The notes beneath the pieces were generated by a model. It was not told where the DNA came from. It did no database searches and saw only the letters and a program-made list of their open reading frames with translations. The translations under genes were made by a program, and so were the position numbers. A stretch of 64,000 nucleotides of DNA from contig DASTPT010000094.1 in assembly GCA_035762085.1 (NCBI GenBank), positions 6,101 to 70,100 of the forward strand. The letters run 5' to 3'. Below are positions 19,320 to 29,056 of this stretch, piece after piece. The stretch is from Actinomycetota bacterium. Lineage in GTDB: Bacteria; Actinomycetota; UBA4738; HRBIN12. Position 1 is the stretch's first letter; each line of letters starts with the position of its first letter.

Positions 19320-20711
19320 CTACGGGATCGGGAATGGCTCGTAGCCCGGCGCCGACATCGGCCAGGGGTTCGCGCGCTCCCACGCCCGTCCGAACGTGAG
19401 CGCCAGGTCGTCCCGGAAGCGCGGGGCGACGACCTGCAGGCCGAAGGGCACGCCGTTCGGGCTCACCCCGGCCGGCACCGAGAGCGCCGGGTGGCCGCTC
19501 AAGTTGAACGGCTCGCAGTTGTAGCCCTCGGCGCCGTCGGCGACGCGCTCGGTCCCCGGAACGATGCCGTCCGGCGCCCAGCCCTCGAGCGTCATCGTGG
19601 GCGTGAGGAGCACCGCCTCCTCGCCGAGGAGCAGGTCGAGCTGGCGGCAGTAGTCGAAGCGGCGACGGCGCGCCTCCATGTACTCGGACGGCTCGATCCG
19701 CAGGGCGCTCTCCATCGCGTCGCGGAAATCCGGCGAGAACCGGTCCATCACGGCGACGACCGTCTCGCGTCCGAGCAGGTGCAGGTGCTCGTACGCGCAC
19801 TGCACGAACCACTCGCGGTACGGGTCGCCGCCGGCGAGGACGTGGTCGAGCCGCTCGACCGGCAGACCGAGGTCGCGCTCGACGCTCGCGAGCGCCGCCG
19901 CGAACCGCTCCTCGATCGCGGGCGGCAGCGGGTCGAACTCCACGATCCGCCCGGCGGCGAACGCCCGTGCGGGCATCGGACCATCGAGCGGCAGCGGGAC
20001 CGGGAGCGCCGTCGGGTCCCCCGGCACGGGACCGCGTTCGAGCTCGAGCAGCAACCGGACGTCGTCGATCGTGTGGCCGAGCGGCCCGTAGGTCGACAGG
20101 TCGATCCAGGCGGGGATCGGGTCCCGAGCGATCACGCCGTTCGTCGGCTTCAGCCCGGCGAGCCCGCAGAACGACGCCGGGATCCGGATCGAGCCACCGC
20201 CGTCGGTGGCCGTCGCGAGCGGCGCCATGCCGGCCATCATCGCCGCGGCCGAGCCGCCCGAGGACCCGCCGGGCGAGAACGCGGGGTTCCACGGGTTCAC
20301 CGTCGCGCCGAACAGCGTGTTCGTCGTGTAGCCGGCGAACGTGAACTCCGGCACGTTGGTCTTCCCGACCGCGATCGCGCCGGCGGCCCGAAGCCGACCC
20401 GGAACGAGCCCGTCCGTCTCCTCGGGCGGCAGGTTCTTGCGGAGCTCCGAGCCGTGGGTCGTGCGCATCCCGGTCAGCCGCTCGTTGTCCTTCACCAGGA
20501 GCGGCACGCCGGCGAGCGGACCCGGGTCCTCCCCGGCCGCGATCCGCCCGTCGAGCGCCTCGGCCTCGGCGAGCGCCTGCTCGGGGCGCGTGGCGATCAC
20601 CGCGTTCAGCGGGGGGTTCAGGCGCTCGATGCGCTCGAGCGAGATCCGGAGCACCTCGACCGCCGACGCCCGGCGCTCGCGCACCGCGCTCGACAGCTGC
20701 GCGAGGGTCAC
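19320..20711 (-). CDS. amidase (amidase-signature family)
   Basis: 463 aa. AS signature GGSSGGSAAAMMAGMAPLATATDGGGSIRIPA, with the catalytic Lys in LLVKDN. Confidence 0.9.
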   Translation of the reverse strand: MTLAQLSSAVRERRASAVEVLRISLERIERLNPPLNAVIATRPEQALAEAEALDGRIAAGEDPGPLAGVPLLVKDNERLTGMRTTHGSELRKNLPPEETDGLVPGRLRAAGAIAVGKTNVPEFTFAGYTTNTLFGATVNPWNPAFSPGGSSGGSAAAMMAGMAPLATATDGGGSIRIPASFCGLAGLKPTNGVIARDPIPAWIDLSTYGPLGHTIDDVRLLLELERGPVPGDPTALPVPLPLDGPMPARAFAAGRIVEFDPLPPAIEERFAAALASVERDLGLPVERLDHVLAGGDPYREWFVQCAYEHLHLLGRETVVAVMDRFSPDFRDAMESALRIEPSEYMEARRRRFDYCRQLDLLLGEEAVLLTPTMTLEGWAPDGIVPGTERVADGAEGYNCEPFNLSGHPALSVPAGVSPNGVPFGLQVVAPRFRDDLALTFGRAWERANPWPMSAPGYEPFPIP

Positions 20712-20824
20712 GGCCGGGTCCGCGGGACGGGGTCCATCGGGCCGCGAGCGTATCGGGCGGCGGCGCGGTGAACAAGCGAGCCGCCACCGCGCGATAGGCT
20801 CCCCCCGGACGCCCGCCGGGCATC

Positions 20825-22012
20825 TTGGTGACCATGGCCCTCAGCCCCAAGCAGCAGCGCGCGCTCACGAACGCGGCCGTGACCGCGGGACTGACGGCGC
20901 TCATCGGCCTGGTCGTCGGCCAGCTCGTGCCGGCGGAGCGCGAGGCCGCTGCCCCCGCCTCGCCCTCGCCGTCGCCGAGCCCCGCGGCCGCGTGCGCGCC
21001 GCGGTGGGAGCGCGTCGACAGCCCGGACCCCGAGGACGGCGGGAGCCTGCTCCTGGGCGTGGCCGCTGTCGGGCCCGACGACGGCTGGGCCGTGGGCGGC
21101 GCGGGTGACCCGGTCGACCCGACCGCGACCCTCGCGATCCAGTGGGACGGCGACGAGTGGGACGTGGTGCCGAGCCCGAACCCGGGCTCGACCGCGAACC
21201 GGTTCGAGGCCGTCGCGGCGCTCTCCCCGGACGCGGCGTGGGCGGTCGGGCGCGCCTCGGACGGGACGGACGACTACCCGATCGCCGCGCAGTGGGACGG
21301 CGGCGACTGGACGCTCCTGCCCCTCCCGCCGGAGCTGGCCGAGGGCGCGCTGATGGGGGTCGCGGCGATCCAGACCGACGACGTGTGGGCGGTCGGCTAC
21401 GAGGGCGACGTCGAGGCGGGCACGGAGCGCGCCGTCGCGCTGCGCTGGAACGGCGCCGAGTGGCGCTCGGCACCGGTGCTGCCGACGCTCGGCGGCGGAC
21501 GCACGGCCCTGCTCGCCGTGGCAGCCACCTCGCGCACGGACGCGTGGGCGGTGGGCTACCGGCGGAACCAGCCCGTGATCCTCCACTTCGACGGCCGTGC
21601 GTGGGCCCTGTCGATGAGCGAGGTCCCGGGCGACGTGCTCGGCGTGGCGGCGCTCGGGCCTCAGGAGGCGTGGGTGGTCGGCGAGCGCGTGCAGCGGTGG
21701 GACGGCACCGCCTGGTCCGAGACCGGCGCCGTGCGCTCGAAGGGCCTCCTGCGGGCGGTCTCGGCGGTCGGGACCGACGACGTCTGGGCGGTCGGCGACC
21801 GGCCCACCGAGGCCTCGATCCTGAAGCCGCTCGTGCAACGCTGGGACGGGAGCGGCTGGGAGGTCCTGCGCGGCCGGGGGGCCCCCGGGTCGATCAGCCT
21901 CACGGCCGTGAGCGCCGCCCGCGACGGCACGGTGATCGCCGTCGGGTACCGCGACGGCCCGCGGGGCCGTGCGACCTTCGCGATCAGCGGCACGACGTGC
22001 CCCGGTGCGTAG
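20825..22012 (+). CDS. membrane-anchored beta-propeller repeat protein (Ycf48-like / BNR-Asp-box-like)
   Basis: N-terminal TM helix and Pro/Ser linker. Seven repeats of roughly 45 aa with the recurring pattern (D/T)DxWAVG...(W/F)(D/N)GxxW, typical of Ycf48-like 7-bladed propellers. Confidence 0.55.
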   Translation: MVTMALSPKQQRALTNAAVTAGLTALIGLVVGQLVPAEREAAAPASPSPSPSPAAACAPRWERVDSPDPEDGGSLLLGVAAVGPDDGWAVGGAGDPVDPTATLAIQWDGDEWDVVPSPNPGSTANRFEAVAALSPDAAWAVGRASDGTDDYPIAAQWDGGDWTLLPLPPELAEGALMGVAAIQTDDVWAVGYEGDVEAGTERAVALRWNGAEWRSAPVLPTLGGGRTALLAVAATSRTDAWAVGYRRNQPVILHFDGRAWALSMSEVPGDVLGVAALGPQEAWVVGERVQRWDGTAWSETGAVRSKGLLRAVSAVGTDDVWAVGDRPTEASILKPLVQRWDGSGWEVLRGRGAPGSISLTAVSAARDGTVIAVGYRDGPRGRATFAISGTTCPGA

Positions 22013-22083
22013 GCCTCGGTCTCCCCGAACGGCGCCCGAGCGGGTAGGCTCAGCGGTCTGACCGATGTCGACCGGAGGTCCCC

Positions 22084-23766
22084 ATGGGCCAAGCAGCCCG
22101 CCCCCAGGACGACCGCGCCGACGGCTGGTGGGATGGCCTGACCGTCTGGGATCTGTTCGTCCGCAACCTCGAGCGTGAGCCCGAGCGCCTCGCGCTCGTC
22201 GACGCGCTCAACCGCGCCGAGTTCTGCGTCGGCGAGCCCGTGCGGTGGACGTACGCGGACGTGCGCGACCGAGCCGACCGGCTGGCCGCCGCCCTGGTCG
22301 CCGAGGGCGTCCGGCCGGGAGACGTGATCCTCGTTCACCTGCCGAACGTGGCCGAGCTGGTCCTCGCGTACCTCGCGAGCTCGCGGATCGGCGCGATCGT
22401 GAGCCCGCTCCCGATCCAGTTCCGGGCCCACGAGCTCCGGCTCACGGGCGCCCTCGTCGAGCCGGTCCTCGCGATCACCACGACGAACGCCGCGGGGGTC
22501 GACCTCGTCGAGCTCCTCGACGCGGTGCGCGACGACCTTCCCTCGATCCGCACCGTCCTCGCGCTCGGCGACGGGTCGCGCGGGGGAACGCGATCGCTCG
22601 CCGAGATCCTGGAGGCGACCGCGGACACGTCCGGCCTGGATGCCCGCACGGCCTCGGCGACCGCCGGCGACGTGATCACCGTCTGCTGGACCTCGGGCAC
22701 CGAGGCCGAGCCGAAGGGCGTCCCGCGAACGCACGACCTGTGGACCGCGATCGCGTACGGCACGACCGACGGCGCGGAGCTGCGCGACGGCGACGTGCTG
22801 CTCACGCCGTTCCCGCTCGTGAACATGTCGGGTATCGGCGGCATGCTCGTGCCCTGGTTGCAGATCGCCGGCACGCTCGTCCTGCACCAGCCGATGAGCC
22901 CACCGGTCTTCCTGCGCCAGGTGGTGGCCGAGCGCGTCAACTACACCGTCGCCCCGCCCGTCCTGCTCAACCTCCTGCTCGCGGATCCCGCCGCCCTGGA
23001 GGGCGTGGACCTGTCGTCGCTTCGGACGATCGGTTCCGGCTCGGCGCCGCTCGCCCCATCGATGGTCCGGGGCTGGAAGGAGCGGCATGGGATCGAGGTC
23101 GTGAACTTCTTCGGATCGAACGAGGGCATCGCGCTCGTGGGCGGACCGGCCGACGTCCCGGATCCCGAGGAGCGTGCCCGCGTGTTTCCACGGTTCGGCG
23201 CCGAGGGCCGCACGTGGTCCAACCGCGTGGCGCGGGGCATGCGGACCAAGCTCGTCGACCCGCAGACCGGCGAGCCGGTGACGGAGGTCGGCCGGCCCGG
23301 CGAGCTGCTGATCTCCGGTCCCACGGTGTTCGCCGGCTATTGGCGTCGCGACGATCTCACGGCGGCCGCCTTCGACCAGGATGGCTTCTTCCGGACCGGA
23401 GACCTGTTCCAGCTCGAGGACGAGGCCCACCTCCGGTTCGTCGGCCGGGCGCGCGACCTGATCGTCCGCGGCGGGATGAAGATCGCGCCCGAGGAGGTCG
23501 AGTCGCTCCTCGGCGACCACCCGGCGATCGCCGACGTCGCGGTCGTCGGCATCCCGGACGAGCGGATGGAGGGCGAGCAGATCGTCACCGCCGTTGTCGT
23601 CCCCAGGGAGGGCGTCACGGTCGAGCTCGCCGACGTGCGGGACCATCTCCGGCGCAAGGGCGTCGCGGGCTACAAGGAGCCTCGGAAGCTGGTGGTGGTC
23701 GAGGCGCTGCCGCGGAACGCGCTCGGCAAGGTCTTGAAGCGCGAGATCCGGAACAGCGTCGGCTAG
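22084..23766 (+). CDS. AMP-dependent synthetase/ligase (acyl-CoA synthetase family)
   Basis: AMP-binding motif TSGTEAEPKGV, GELLISGPTVFAGYW, FRTGD, and a C-terminal Lys (GKVLKREIR). Confidence 0.9.
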   Translation: MGQAARPQDDRADGWWDGLTVWDLFVRNLEREPERLALVDALNRAEFCVGEPVRWTYADVRDRADRLAAALVAEGVRPGDVILVHLPNVAELVLAYLASSRIGAIVSPLPIQFRAHELRLTGALVEPVLAITTTNAAGVDLVELLDAVRDDLPSIRTVLALGDGSRGGTRSLAEILEATADTSGLDARTASATAGDVITVCWTSGTEAEPKGVPRTHDLWTAIAYGTTDGAELRDGDVLLTPFPLVNMSGIGGMLVPWLQIAGTLVLHQPMSPPVFLRQVVAERVNYTVAPPVLLNLLLADPAALEGVDLSSLRTIGSGSAPLAPSMVRGWKERHGIEVVNFFGSNEGIALVGGPADVPDPEERARVFPRFGAEGRTWSNRVARGMRTKLVDPQTGEPVTEVGRPGELLISGPTVFAGYWRRDDLTAAAFDQDGFFRTGDLFQLEDEAHLRFVGRARDLIVRGGMKIAPEEVESLLGDHPAIADVAVVGIPDERMEGEQIVTAVVVPREGVTVELADVRDHLRRKGVAGYKEPRKLVVVEALPRNALGKVLKREIRNSVG

Positions 23767-23773
23767 GCCTCCC

Positions 23774-24595
23774 TTACGCGCGCTTCGGGGGGAGCGGGAA
23801 GAACGCGCTCGTGCGACGGATGTACTCGGCGTAGCCGGGCCTGCGCTCGCCGATCGTCTTCTCGAGCATCGCGACGCCCGAGACGCGCACGAGCAGGAAC
23901 GTCATCAGGGCCGGGCCGACGAGGGCCGCCCAGCCCCACGGCGTGGCGAGCCCGATCAGCCCGATCCCCCACCACAGGACGGCGTCGCCGAAGTAGTTCG
24001 GATGCCGCGTATAGCGCCACAGACCCCGGTCCATGACCTTGCCCCGGTTCGCGGGGTCGGCCTTGAACCGCCCGAGCTGGGCGTCCCCCACGGCCTCGAA
24101 CGCAAACCCGATCGCCCAGACCACGGCCCCCAGCCAGTCGAGCGAGCCGAGCGCGTCCGGCGTCTCCCCAGCCCCGGCGGCCTGGACGGGCAGCGAGACC
24201 ACGAGCGCGAGCGCGCCCTGGAGCCAGAAGACCTGGAACAGGCTGATCCACCAATAGCCGGGGCCGTACCGCTCGCGGAAGGCGACGTACCGGTAGTCCT
24301 CGCCCTTGCCACGGTTCCGCCGCCCGATGTGGACGGCGAGCCTGAGCGACCAGATGCCGACGAGCGCGAAGACCAAGAGCCGGCGCTCGAACACCCCGGG
24401 GCCCAGCACGAGCGCCACGATCGCGACCAGCCACATCGCCGGCCCCCACACCACGTCGACGATGCTGACGTTGCGGACCGCGACCGAGACGAGCCACACG
24501 ATCGCCATCGCGACGGCCACGACCGCCGCGGAGACCAGGACGAGACCGATGCCGCTGTCCACGTGGCCACCCTCCGCAGGCAACCTAGCACGCAT
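23774..24595 (-). CDS. DUF1295 / steroid 5-alpha-reductase-like membrane protein
   Basis: Polytopic membrane protein with the characteristic C-terminal YTRHPNYFGD motif. The start is uncertain. Confidence 0.7.
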   Translation of the reverse strand: MRARLPAEGGHVDSGIGLVLVSAAVVAVAMAIVWLVSVAVRNVSIVDVVWGPAMWLVAIVALVLGPGVFERRLLVFALVGIWSLRLAVHIGRRNRGKGEDYRYVAFRERYGPGYWWISLFQVFWLQGALALVVSLPVQAAGAGETPDALGSLDWLGAVVWAIGFAFEAVGDAQLGRFKADPANRGKVMDRGLWRYTRHPNYFGDAVLWWGIGLIGLATPWGWAALVGPALMTFLLVRVSGVAMLEKTIGERRPGYAEYIRRTSAFFPLPPKRA

Positions 24596-24640
24596 AGGTT
24601 CGCCGCCTACGGCTCGAACCGATGCACCTATCCTGGACCC

Positions 24641-25072
24641 ATGGCCCTGTTGCAGGAGACGCTCGAGGTTGCCCGGCCGCTCGACGAGGTGTTCGCCTTC
24701 GTGGGCGACTTCGCGAACACGAAGGACTGGGACCCCGGGGTCTCGGACTCACGGAAGGTCACCGACGGGCCGGTCGGCGTCGGCACCCGGTACGCGGTCG
24801 ACGTCGTGTTCGGGAGCCGGACGCTCCCGATGACCTACGAGGTCACGATCTGGGACCCACCGAACCGCGTGGTCCTGCGCGGCGAGGGCTCGACCGTGAC
24901 GGCGGTGGACGACATCCGCTTCGAGGCGACCGAGCGCGGCACCCGGGTGCGCTACTCGGCCGACCTGCGACTGAAGGGTCTGCTGAAGCTCGCGGAGCCG
25001 TTCATGAAGGGCCGGTTCGAGAAGACGGGGAAGGACGCGATCGCCGGCATGCGCCGGTCGCTCGAGGGCTGA
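24641..25072 (+). CDS. SRPBCC (polyketide cyclase/dehydrase, START-like) domain protein
   Basis: 143 aa from the ATG at 24641 (MALLQETLEVARPLDEVFAFVGDFANTKDWDPGV...), a typical SRPBCC ligand-binding fold. The track ORF from 24002 is an antisense extension. Confidence 0.65.
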   Translation: MALLQETLEVARPLDEVFAFVGDFANTKDWDPGVSDSRKVTDGPVGVGTRYAVDVVFGSRTLPMTYEVTIWDPPNRVVLRGEGSTVTAVDDIRFEATERGTRVRYSADLRLKGLLKLAEPFMKGRFEKTGKDAIAGMRRSLEG

Positions 25073-25076
25073 GCTC

Positions 25077-26282
25077 CTAGACCACCCGCACGCCGTCCTT
25101 CCACACCTGCTCGACGCGGTCCTTCAGCGTCGAGAACTCGAACGGGTCGCCGTCGGCCACCACGACGTCGGCGCGCTTGCCCGGCTCGAGCGTGCCGAGC
25201 TCGTCCTCCAAGCCCATGAGCTGGGCGGCGCTCGAGGTGCCCGCGACGAGCGCCTGCTCGGGCGTGAACCCGTGCGTCGCCATCAGCTCGAGCTCCCGCA
25301 GGTTCGTACCGTGCGGCGCGACCGGGCAGTCCGTGCCCAGGGCGACCTTCACACCGGCCTGCGCGGCGCGCCGGAACGCACCGAGCTCGGGGCGGCCGAG
25401 CGACCGCAGCTTCTCGCGCACCGGCTCCGGGATCTTCGGGTCGTTCGCCAGCTCTTCGGTGGTGTCGCCGGCCGTGAGCGTGGGCACGAGCCACGTCCCG
25501 CGCTCGAGCATGAGCTCGATCGCCTCGTCGTCGAGGAACGTGCCGTGGTCGATCGAGCGGACGCCGGCGCGGACCGCGCGCTTGATCCCCTCGGCGCCGT
25601 GCGCATGGGACATCACCCAGCGGTCCAGGTCGGCCGCCGTCTGGACGATCGAGCGGACCTCGGCCTCGGTGAAGTTGGGCTGGCGCGGGTCGTCGGTCGG
25701 CGAGAGGAAGCCACCGGACGATGCGATCTTGATCACGTCGGCGCCGGCGCGGACCATCTCGCGGACCTTCGCGGCGACGCCCTCGACGCCGTCGCACACG
25801 CCGTCGGGCATCCCCGGATACGACGACCCCCACGCGCCCCGGGCACCGCTCGGAAGCCACGCGTCGCTGTGGCCGCCCGTCATCCCCAGCATGTTCACCG
25901 AGATCTGCATCCGAGGTCCAACGAGGAGTCCCCGCTCGACCGCGGCGCGCATCCCCGCGTCGGCGCCGCTCGCGTCGCGGACCGTCGTGATGCCGAGCGC
26001 GATCGTCCGGCGCAGGTTCTCGGCCACCCGGTAGAAGCGGAGCGAGAACGGCTCGTTCATGATGCGGACCTCGTCGAAGTCCTCGTACGAGAACGCCACG
26101 TGCACGTGGACGTCGAAGAGACCCGGCAGGAGCGCCTTGCCCGAGCAGTCGACCGCGTCGTCGCCCTCGAGCCCGACCCCGATCTCGAGGATCCTCCCGT
26201 CCTCGAGCGCGAGATCCGCCTCTGCGAGCGGGGCGCCCGTCCCGTCGAAGATCCGGCCGCCCGTGAACACCGTCCGTGTCAT
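25077..26282 (-). CDS. metal-dependent amidohydrolase (imidazolonepropionase / Xaa-Pro dipeptidase-like superfamily)
   Basis: 401 aa from MTRTVFTGGRIFDG. HxH-type metal motif (FDVHVHV) and conserved His/Asp ligands downstream. The 848-aa track ORF is chimeric. Confidence 0.8.
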   Translation of the reverse strand: MTRTVFTGGRIFDGTGAPLAEADLALEDGRILEIGVGLEGDDAVDCSGKALLPGLFDVHVHVAFSYEDFDEVRIMNEPFSLRFYRVAENLRRTIALGITTVRDASGADAGMRAAVERGLLVGPRMQISVNMLGMTGGHSDAWLPSGARGAWGSSYPGMPDGVCDGVEGVAAKVREMVRAGADVIKIASSGGFLSPTDDPRQPNFTEAEVRSIVQTAADLDRWVMSHAHGAEGIKRAVRAGVRSIDHGTFLDDEAIELMLERGTWLVPTLTAGDTTEELANDPKIPEPVREKLRSLGRPELGAFRRAAQAGVKVALGTDCPVAPHGTNLRELELMATHGFTPEQALVAGTSSAAQLMGLEDELGTLEPGKRADVVVADGDPFEFSTLKDRVEQVWKDGVRVV

Positions 26283-26375
26283 CGCCCCTCCCCGTTCCTG
26301 CGCGGTCGGCTGCGCGCCGGCCGGCGCGAGCCTACACTCCGCCCCTGATCGCCGTTCGAGATGGGAGATCCGCGC

Positions 26376-27554
26376 ATGGACATCCGGCTGACCCCCGAGG
26401 ACGCAGGGCTGCAGGCGCGCGCCCGCGACTTCTGCGAGCAGGTGCTGATGCCGCTCGAGGACGAGTGCGAGGAGCGCGACGGCCTCACGCCCGAGAGCCT
26501 CGGGCGAGCCAGGGCCCAGGTGCTCGACCACGGCTTCGCGGCGATCAACCACGCGGTCGAGGACGGCGGGCAGGGACTCGACGTCTTCCAGCAGGTGCTC
26601 GTCGAAGAGGAGTGGGGCAAGGCGACCGGGGCCCTGTGGGACATCCCGTGGCGGCCCTCGATCCCGCTCGCGGTCGCGACCGAGGCGCAGAAGGACGAGT
26701 ACCTGCGGCCCGCGTGCCGCGGCGAGCGCCGCGACTGCTACGCGATCACCGAGGAGGGTGCCGGTTCCGACCCGTCGATGGTGCGCACGACGGCCGTCCG
26801 CGACGGCGACGGCTGGGTGCTGAACGGCACGAAGTGGCACGTGACCTCGGGCGACGTCGCCGACTTCCTCCTGGTCCACGCGCACGTGGACGGCGCCCCG
26901 GCGAAGGCAACGGTGTTCATCGTGGACAAGGACCTGCCCGGCGTGCGCGTGGTCCGCACGCCGAAGTACATGCACACGTTCGTGTTCGAGCACCCGATCA
27001 TCGCGCTCGAGGACGTCCGCGTCGGCCCGGACAAGGTCCTCGGCGAGGTCGGGCAGGGGTACGAGCTCACGAAGGACTGGTTCGTCGAGGAGCGGATCAT
27101 GATCGGCGCGCGGACGGTCGGGGCGGCGACCCGCGCGCTCGACCTCTCGCTCGCGTTCGCGTCGGAGCGGGTGCAGTTCGGCGTACCGATCGTCGAGCAC
27201 CAGGCGATCGCGTTCATGCTCGCCGACATGGCCGCCGAGCTCATGACCTCCAAGGCGATGCTCTACCGCGTCGCCTGGCAAGCCTCCCGCGGCGGTACGC
27301 CGCGCAAGGAGGTCCACGCCCTCGCGAGCGCCGTCAAGCTCGTGTGCCCGGAGACCGCGGGCCGGATCGTCGACAGGGCCGTTCAGATCCACGGCGGCCG
27401 TGGCTACATGCGCGAGCAGCCGGTCGAGCGCCTGTACCGGGAGCTTCGCGTGGACCGGATCTGGGAGGGCACCTCCGAGATCCAGCGCATGGTCGTCGCC
27501 AACGAGCTGCGGAAACGCGGCGCCGGCGCCTATACGGGCTGGCCCGGCGCGTAG
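26376..27554 (+). CDS. acyl-CoA dehydrogenase family protein (paralog 1)
   Basis: ACAD motifs CYAITEEGAGSD, LNGTKWHVTS, and C-terminal YRELRVDRIWEGTSEIQR. About 45% identical to the 40142..41320 gene. Confidence 0.85.
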   Translation: MDIRLTPEDAGLQARARDFCEQVLMPLEDECEERDGLTPESLGRARAQVLDHGFAAINHAVEDGGQGLDVFQQVLVEEEWGKATGALWDIPWRPSIPLAVATEAQKDEYLRPACRGERRDCYAITEEGAGSDPSMVRTTAVRDGDGWVLNGTKWHVTSGDVADFLLVHAHVDGAPAKATVFIVDKDLPGVRVVRTPKYMHTFVFEHPIIALEDVRVGPDKVLGEVGQGYELTKDWFVEERIMIGARTVGAATRALDLSLAFASERVQFGVPIVEHQAIAFMLADMAAELMTSKAMLYRVAWQASRGGTPRKEVHALASAVKLVCPETAGRIVDRAVQIHGGRGYMREQPVERLYRELRVDRIWEGTSEIQRMVVANELRKRGAGAYTGWPGA

Positions 27555-27600
27555 GGCGCTTGCCACCGGCGCCGCCCCTCGTCCATGCTCTCGGCGGGGC

Positions 27601-29007
27601 ATGCCGGGGGAACGCATGGGCATCTCGATCGAACGGCGAACGCTCGACGCCGAACGGACCGGCGAGGTTCGGAGTCACCCGCGGGTGGGCGTGATCCTGG
27701 CCGCCGGCCGTTCCAGCCGGCTGGCCGACGTCACCGGCCACGGGTCCAAGGCCGTGCTGCGGGTCGGCGGGATCTCGCTGCTCGAGCGCGCGATCCGCAC
27801 GCTGCTCGCGGCGCGGGTCGAGCGGGTGGTGGTCGTCGTCGGGCACCAGGCCGGGCCGGTGGCGACCGTGGCCCGGCGCTCGGCGCCGGGTCGCGTGCAG
27901 ACCGTGTACGCGGAGGGCTGGGAGCTCGGCAACGGCGTCTCGCTCGCGGCGGCCGAGCCGCTCGTCGCCGAGGAGGAGCTGTTCCTGCTCGTCACGGCCG
28001 ACCACGTCTTCGGCGAGGGCGCGCTCGAGCCGCTCGTGCATGCCGGTCGGCCCGGCGTGCTCGTGGACCACGCGCCCGACGCGGAGGCATGGGCCGAGGG
28101 CACCCGCGTCCGCCTCCACGAGGAGCACGCGGTCGCGTTCTCGAAGGAGCTCGGCGATCCGTCGATCGACTGCGGGGCGTTCCTCCTGCCGCCGGCCGTG
28201 TTCGCGGCGCACCGGCGGGCGCTCGCGAACCACGATGCCTCGCTCGCCGGCGCGGTGACGGGCCTGGCCCGCCACGTCCCGCTCGCCGCCGTGGCGCTGC
28301 CGCCCGGGACGTGGTGGCAGGACGTCGACACACCGCAGGACCTGCGACGGGTCTCGCGCCTGCTGCGCCGCTCGCTCACGAAGGACGCCGACGGTCCGGT
28401 CTCGCGGTACCTCAACCGCCCGGTCTCGACCCGGATCTCGATGGCGCTCGCGCACCTGCCGCTCCACCCCGACGTCGTCTCGGTGATCGCGTGCCTCGTC
28501 GCCCTCGCGGGGGCGTGGGCGCTGTGGGTCGGCCGTGGGGTCGAGGGCGCCCTGCTCGTGCTGCTCGCCTCGATCCTCGACGGCGTCGACGGCGAGATCG
28601 CCCGGCTCCAGGTGCGCGCGAGCCCAGGGGGTGCCCTGCTCGACGGCGTCCTGGACCGCGCCGCGGACGCCGCGGTGATCGCCGGCCTCATGGTGTGGGC
28701 GCTCGAGGACGGCGCCAGCGGCTCGGTCGCGGTCGGCTTGGGTGTCGCCGCGACCACCGGGTCGATGCTCTCGATGGCCACGAAGGACCGGATCGCGGCG
28801 CTCGGCATCCCCCCCGCCCCCGAGCGGTGGATCAGCTTCCTCATGGGCGGGCGCGACGCGCGCCTGCTCGAGATCGCGGTCTGCGCGGCGCTCGACCTGC
28901 CGGTGCTGGCCCTCGTGATCGTGGCGTCGACGTCGCTGCTCAGCCTCGGCGTGCGGCTGCTCCTCACCCGCTCGACGCTGCGCGGTGCCTGGCCCGGGCC
29001 GTCCTGA
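27601..29007 (+). CDS. bifunctional nucleotidyltransferase / CDP-alcohol phosphatidyltransferase (IPCT/DIPPS-like, di-myo-inositol-phosphate synthesis)
   Basis: N-terminal MobA-like NTP-transferase domain (GVILAAGRSSRL). C-terminal multi-TM domain with an exact CDP-OH-P-transferase motif D-G-x2-A-R-x8-G-x3-D-x3-D (DGEIARLQVRASPGGALLDGVLD). The alternative start is 27616. Confidence 0.7.
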   Translation: MPGERMGISIERRTLDAERTGEVRSHPRVGVILAAGRSSRLADVTGHGSKAVLRVGGISLLERAIRTLLAARVERVVVVVGHQAGPVATVARRSAPGRVQTVYAEGWELGNGVSLAAAEPLVAEEELFLLVTADHVFGEGALEPLVHAGRPGVLVDHAPDAEAWAEGTRVRLHEEHAVAFSKELGDPSIDCGAFLLPPAVFAAHRRALANHDASLAGAVTGLARHVPLAAVALPPGTWWQDVDTPQDLRRVSRLLRRSLTKDADGPVSRYLNRPVSTRISMALAHLPLHPDVVSVIACLVALAGAWALWVGRGVEGALLVLLASILDGVDGEIARLQVRASPGGALLDGVLDRAADAAVIAGLMVWALEDGASGSVAVGLGVAATTGSMLSMATKDRIAALGIPPAPERWISFLMGGRDARLLEIAVCAALDLPVLALVIVASTSLLSLGVRLLLTRSTLRGAWPGPS

Positions 29008-29056
29008 TGGCCGTCCTGACCGTGCCCGCACCATCCCGTTCGCAGGGGCGGCTCCG

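Noticed and set aside
25077-27623. 848-aa ORF
   Set aside because: It is chimeric. The real gene is the 401-aa amidohydrolase starting at MTRTVFTGG. The upstream portion is antisense to the acyl-CoA dehydrogenase.
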